Shown here piece by piece: positions 18,336 to 20,000 of a stretch of 20,000 bases of DNA. Both the position numbers and the translations under genes were made by a program. The DNA is from Toensbergia leucococca. Lineage: Eukaryota. The notes below the pieces were generated by a model that saw nothing but the letters and a program-made list of their open reading frames with translations, had not been told where the DNA came from and made no database searches. Position 1 is the first letter of the stretch, and every line of letters begins with the position of its first letter. The stretch spans positions 55,406 through 75,405 of the forward strand of contig JALDZS010000114.1 in assembly GCA_022813965.1 (NCBI GenBank). Direction: 5' to 3'.

Positions 18336-20000
18336 ATGTTAGCTGGGCGGGGTAGACAAAAGATTCGGCCTCCAAGAAGAGTAAGTGGATTCGGAGTGAA
18401 TCATGAAGACTTCACTCTCTACAGTCACCCTTCTCTACACCCCTAAGTTCTCCACGTTACTTGCCAGACCTCATGGGAGCAAGCTGTCACCAACATTCAT
18501 GCATGATCTGATACACCCTTTGAAACTACTTATTTCTACACTCAAAATGATAGCTAACCACCTTCGTCGTATGAAGGCCTTAGGAAACAACGAAGCCATC
18601 GATTTTGACTCCCAATGGGCCGTCCTTTCTTCATCTCTTCGAGAAATTCATACCAAGAATGCTTCCAAATTGTCCTTTGAGGAGCTGTATCGAAACGCTT
18701 ACAAGCTGGTGTTGAAGAAGAAGGGAGAGACTCTGTACAACTGTGTCAAAGATTTCGAGGAGAGCTGGCTCGCCAACGAAATACGGCCACGCATTCTCAA
18801 AGTGCTTTCCACAAGTCTACTGGTTGGAAGTATTGGGGCTACCGCTATCACAACGGTGAACGAGAAGAGAGTTGCAGGTGAAAAGTTGCTGAAAGCCCTC
18901 AAGCAAGCATGGGAGGATCACAATCTATGCATGAACATGACTACGGATGTTCTCATGTACATGGTGAGTGGCAATACGGCCTCCCATGACACTCAAGGAT
19001 GAATGAAGGACTTCCTCAGCTAACAACCCTCTTCAAACAAAGGACCGCGTGTACTGCACAGACAACAGAAAACCGTCCATTTTTAACGCTTCTATGGGTC
19101 AGTTCCGAGATTGCGTTCTTCGAACGCCGATCCCCTCTCATGACGATATGACGATTGCCATGGTCCTGTATTCAGTGATACTAGACCAGGTCCAGATGGA
19201 TCGAGAAGGTGATGTGATCGACAAGGCGCTCATCAGATCTTGTATCTACATGCTAGAAGGTCTCTATGAGTCTGAGGACGAGGAAGAGATTACCAAGCTG
19301 TACCTCACAAGTTTTGAACCCGAGTTCCTTGCAGCAAGCGAAGACTTTTACAAATCAGAAGGATCCGCACTTATTCGAGACGCTGATGCTGGAACATTTT
19401 GCAGACATGCCAGGAAACGAGCTACGGAAGAGCAAGATAGATGCAGATCGACTTTGTCTCCCTTGACTGCACCCAAGATCAAGCTCGTTATCGAGAATGA
19501 ACTAATCAAAAATAACATCCGAAGTGTGATCGAGCTCGAGGGTAGTGGTGTCAAATTCATGCTCGATAATGACCGTTTAGCAGAGCTGGAAATGATCTAT
19601 GATCTTATTTCAAGAGTAGATCCTAAGAAAGAAGAACTGAGAAAGGCACTACAGAAGCGGGTTGTCGAGCTGGGAACAGATGTCAATAATGCAGCGTCAA
19701 ATAATATCCAAGCACAGTCTGTGAAGGGCACGAAGCCGGACGCAGAAAAGCCAGAAGGAGAAGGTAAAGCAGTAGCAGAGAAACCAGTGAATCAACAAAC
19801 AGCCGCAGCAATAAAATGGGTTGGCGAGGTTCTACTTCTGAAGGAGAAATTCGATACGGTTCTGACTACGGCCTTCCAATCAGATCAAGGCCTACAAACA
19901 GCACTCTCACGCAGTTTCACAGATTTCATCAATGCATTTGACCGGAGCTCTGAATATCTTTCGTTATTCTTTGATGAGAACATGAAGAAGGGTGTCAAAG
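18336..20000 (+). CDS. CUL3: Cullin-3, 3'-partial; exons 18336..18380, 18577..18963 and 19043..>20000
   Basis: Exon 1 MLAGRGRQKIRPPRR; exon 2 IHTKNASKLSFEELYRNAYKLVLKKKGETLY...DVLMYM; exon 3 DRVYCTDNRKPSIF...DREGDVIDK...RSSEYLSLFFDENMKKGVK, open to the window end (missing from the ORF track because it has no stop). LSFEELYRNAY is diagnostic of Cul3. Confidence 0.95.
18381..18576 (+). other. Spliceosomal intron 1 of CUL3 (196 nt, phase 0, AAG acceptor)
   Basis: Donor AGA|GTAAGT at 18381, branch GCTAAC 18553-18558. The first AG downstream is AAG 18574-18576, which gives the correct frame. Confidence 0.82.
18964..19042 (+). other. Spliceosomal intron 2 of CUL3 (79 nt, phase 0, AAG acceptor)
   Basis: Donor ATG|GTGAGT at 18964, branch GCTAAC 19019-19024, acceptor AAG 19040-19042. 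Removal restores the conserved cullin motif LMYMDRVY. Confidence 0.93.

Noticed and set aside
18500..18520. UGAUCUG resembling part of the fungal TPP riboswitch
   Set aside because: The CUGAGA motif and the rest of the aptamer are absent, and the host is not a thiamine gene.
1..20000. A novel multi-gene system, mobile element, CRISPR array, or tRNA/rRNA gene
   Set aside because: The six genes are functionally unrelated conserved eukaryotic genes. I saw no transposase, terminal repeats, spaced repeat array or structural RNA signature.

Overview
This is eukaryotic, intron-containing DNA from a filamentous ascomycete (Pezizomycotina-type genes, short GT..AG introns with CTRAY-like branch sites). 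It is a gene-dense housekeeping region with six genes. In order: a 5'-truncated adenylate cyclase (Cyr1/CyaA, +, ends 4973); a 'fibroin-3-related' single-pass Cys-rich membrane protein (+, 5637-6530); a CwfJ/Drn1 (CWF19L1) lariat-turnover factor (-, 8811-6901); UTP20 (+, 9049-16962); the mitochondrial Hsp70 escort Zim17/Tim15 (-, 17926-17252); and a 3'-truncated cullin-3 (+, from 18336). I resolved seven spliceosomal introns by hand, and they correct all six ORF-track models. I found no mobile element, RNA gene, CRISPR array or clearly novel gene system. The most interesting signals are non-coding. The two unusually long first introns (CwfJ 189 nt, CUL3 196 nt) each contain a sequence complementary to their own 5' splice site: a U1-5'-end mimic hairpin in CwfJ, and two mutually exclusive folds in CUL3. 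This suggests structure-controlled splicing, but it is inference from manual base-pairing and needs testing.
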